Assembly (NCBI GenBank): GCA_026936335.1
Contig: JAPMXV010000042.1
Span: 558,001 to 622,000, forward strand
DNA from: Mantamonas sphyraenae STR306
Lineage: Eukaryota; Protista; CRuMs
DNA: 64,000 bases
Direction: 5' to 3'
Part shown: one piece after another, positions 61,443 through 64,000 of the stretch
Numbering within the stretch: the stretch's first letter is position 1
Layout: each line of letters starts with the position of its first letter
Position numbers and translations under genes: made by a program
Notes under the pieces: model-generated
The model's input: only the letters and a program-made list of their open reading frames with translations
Told to the model about the DNA's origin: nothing
The model's database searches: none

Positions 61443-61452
61443 TTTCTTTTTT
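61443..61452 (+). terminator. Pol III oligo-T terminator of the permuted tRNA
   Basis: TTTCTTTTTT lies downstream of the relocated 5' segment, not after nt 73. Confidence 0.7.
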
Positions 61453-61641
61453 GTTTGTCTGTTTGTTGCCACGTGGTGCTGCGGGTGAACCGCACATAGT
61501 TTGCTGCGTGCGTGCGTGCGTGGATGGTTCTGAAAACGCTGCAGCGCTTCTGGGGAAGATGTCTTTTGATTTTTGCGGTTTGCGGGTTTTTTCCTTTTCC
61601 TCTCTGACGCCAAATGTGCCGATGAGCACAACACACAGCGA

Positions 61642-63540
61642 TTACCAGCGCCACATGTTCATCCAGGCTCGGAGGCGCACGTACTCGGGCAGGGTAAAGA
61701 CAGAGCCGACGGCGGCAACGGCCGGGTTCTGGTCGTAGATGTAGCGGCGGCCGGCGGTCTTTACGTCGTCGGCGGAGACGGCATCGACACGGCCAAAGAT
61801 TTCGCCAGGGCTGAGGCGGCGACCGTAGGTGAGCATATGGCGGCCGATCTCCTCGCAGTTTGCGCTGGTGCCATCGAGAGACATGAGCAGGTTTGCCTTG
61901 AGCTGGTTCTTGGCGCGGTTAACCTCGGTCTCGGTGACGTCGAAGCACAGGCGCATCCACTCCATCTGGGTCTCAAAGACAGCCTCCTCCAGAGTGGCCG
62001 GGTCGGCGACAATCTTGAAGCCAAAGAGACCGGTGTCGTTGTACGAGGTGTTGAAGCTCATGAGGGAGTGAGCAAGGTCGCCCTCGGCCAGGGTGGCGCA
62101 GATGTTGGAGGACACGTTCTTGCCTCCGCCCGAGTTGCGGTCCCAGCAGCCCACCAGGCTCTGCATGACCATGAGGGTGAAGAAATCCGGGTGGGTCCAA
62201 CCCACGCCCTGCACAGCGACGGCTACGTGGGCCTGCGGGATGCTCGAGTCGTGCACCCGAATCTCGGAGCCCGTAAACTCTGTCGGGGCCTGGTCAGCCA
62301 CTGCGTTGTCTCGCGACAGGCCGCCGAAGCTCTGGTTTGCCAGGTCGACGAGCTCGTCGTGGTCAACGGGGCCGCATGCAGCCAGCACCATGCGCGGGGC
62401 CGTGTAGTACGTGTCGATGTACGTCTTGAGGTCGTCCTGGGTGATGGAGCGGATGTTGCTCTCGGGACCCAGAATGGTACGTCCCAGCGCCTGGCCCTGG
62501 AAAGCGGTGGCGTGCAGCTGGTCCATCAGCACCTCGTCCACATGCGACTCGACGCTCTTGAGCTCGCGCAGGATCACACCACGCTCACGCTCGATTGCAG
62601 ACTGCTCCAACTGCGAGTTCTGCAGGATGTCGGACAGAATGTCCACGGCCTGTGCCACGTCCTTCTTGAACACCTTTGCGTGGTACACTGTGCGGTTCCA
62701 CAACAGGCAACAGGGTGCACACATGGGACCAGAGGGTGTGTGTCCACAAGGCGGCAGTGCATGTGTGTGCATGTGTGTGTGTGTGTGTGTGCCCAGGCAG
62801 AGCTGGTGTCAGTTTTCCAGCCTTCAAAGCTTTTCCTCTTGGCGGCCGCCAAAACGCGCCGCGGCCCTCGCTTCCTCCGCGCGCATGCAGAGCACAGAAA
62901 AAGGGAGACAGAAGAACACGGCATGTTGCGTGTTGCACACTGGCCAATCTGCTTGTGTCCTGCATGGGTGGCGAGGGCGTAACCAAAGCCCTAGCCCGCG
63001 TGCTGCGCGGTGCGGCAGGAAAAGCCAGCGAAAGCCCTCCCGGCGCTTCGACCAGCGCTCAATCGGGCGTGCGCTACAGCGGCTGACACTCACCCGTCTG
63101 CTCTCGGCTCGTGTATGCGTTCAGGTGACCGCCCATGTTTTCGATTTCAATCTCCAGACCAGACTGCGAGCGCTTATTCGTTCCCTGTGGCGTGGCGAGG
63201 CGCATGGTCCGAAAAGTGGTCAGTGGAATGCAGCTCCCAGCGGCGGAGAGCCCGTGCGCCGCAAGTGACTCACCTTGAACGCCATGTGCTCCAGAAAGTG
63301 AGCCGTGCCATTGTTCTTCTCGTTCTCGTAGCGCGAGCCTGTGTTGACCCACACGCCCACGGTGGCCGTCTCGCCATAGAACTCCTGCGACGCGACTCGC
63401 ATTCCGTTGTCGAGTGCGCTCACCTGCGTGGGAGGCACATTCAGAATGGACGCCGGGTAGCGCGTCTGCGCATGAGCCACGGCGCTGCTGGAGAACTGAC
63501 GGACACCCTGCTTGCCCTGTTGCACGGTACGGCTGAACAT
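61642..63540 (-). CDS. PMPCB: Mitochondrial processing peptidase beta subunit
   Basis: Transit peptide; GSRYE...[14 protein letters not shown]|[42 protein letters not shown]. Confidence 0.95.
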
Positions 63541-63775
63541 CGTGTTTTGAAGATGGGGTGGTTCGCCCGGCGTTCTCTTTTCCCATTCCGCCAACCACCA
63601 CCACGACACAGTTCACCCTCTGCACCATCCCCTTCCCCCCACCCACGGGCTTCCTTGCCCATTCGTTCTTCTCGATGGTGCGAACGATCAGGGTTTGCCG
63701 ACCCCACCCGTGGCGTGTCTTTGCCTTCCGCCGAGGCACACACCGACTGCAGCAACGAATCCCCCCCCACTGCAC

Positions 63776-63928
63776 ATGTCAACCAGGCGCAAGAAGAAGG
63801 CCGAGTTCAATCTGTCGACCGCCTGTGAGGACGGAGGTATCCCCAAGTACGACAGTCTGCAGGACCCGTATCTTGCCAGGCACTTTGGCTCAAAGGGGGT
63901 CCAGCAGAATCTGTACTCCAACGGTTTC
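63776..63928 (+). CDS. First exon of a gene with an ERICH3/FSIP2-like N-terminal motif (continues beyond the window)
   Basis: [13 protein letters not shown]....VQQNL...GF followed by a GTACGT donor. Confidence 0.5.
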
Positions 63929-64000
63929 GTACGTCGCCCGCATGCCATCCACCTGCGTCCCCCGCCCCATTGACCACCTCCACACTGCACTCGATGCCCC

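Overview
Gene-dense eukaryotic nuclear DNA with short GT-AG introns (donors GTGAGT/GTACGT/GTAAGY/GTGCGT, branch-like RCTGAC/RCTCAC). IFT121 and mitochondrial genes point to a flagellated, mitochondriate protist. About 31 protein genes are present. Housekeeping genes include RPS8, RPL24, RLP24, UTP10, DKC1, ARL1, USP14, PMPCB, ATP12, SDHAF3, snurportin, PP2A B'', SGF11 and WDR35. There is also a ~3,070-aa surface receptor-like protein and two glycosyltransferases. Two identical tRNA-Asp(GTC) genes sit in a ~137-bp inverted duplication. The main discovery is a circularly permuted tRNA-Pro(TGG) gene at 61354-61432: nt 15-73 come first, a 7-nt spacer follows, then nt 1-14, with a BHB-like leader/trailer junction in the D-loop at 14/15. 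Second is an RPL24 gene whose ATG appears split by an intron and followed by a 3-nt microexon. All gene identities come from manual motif recognition; no database searches were run.
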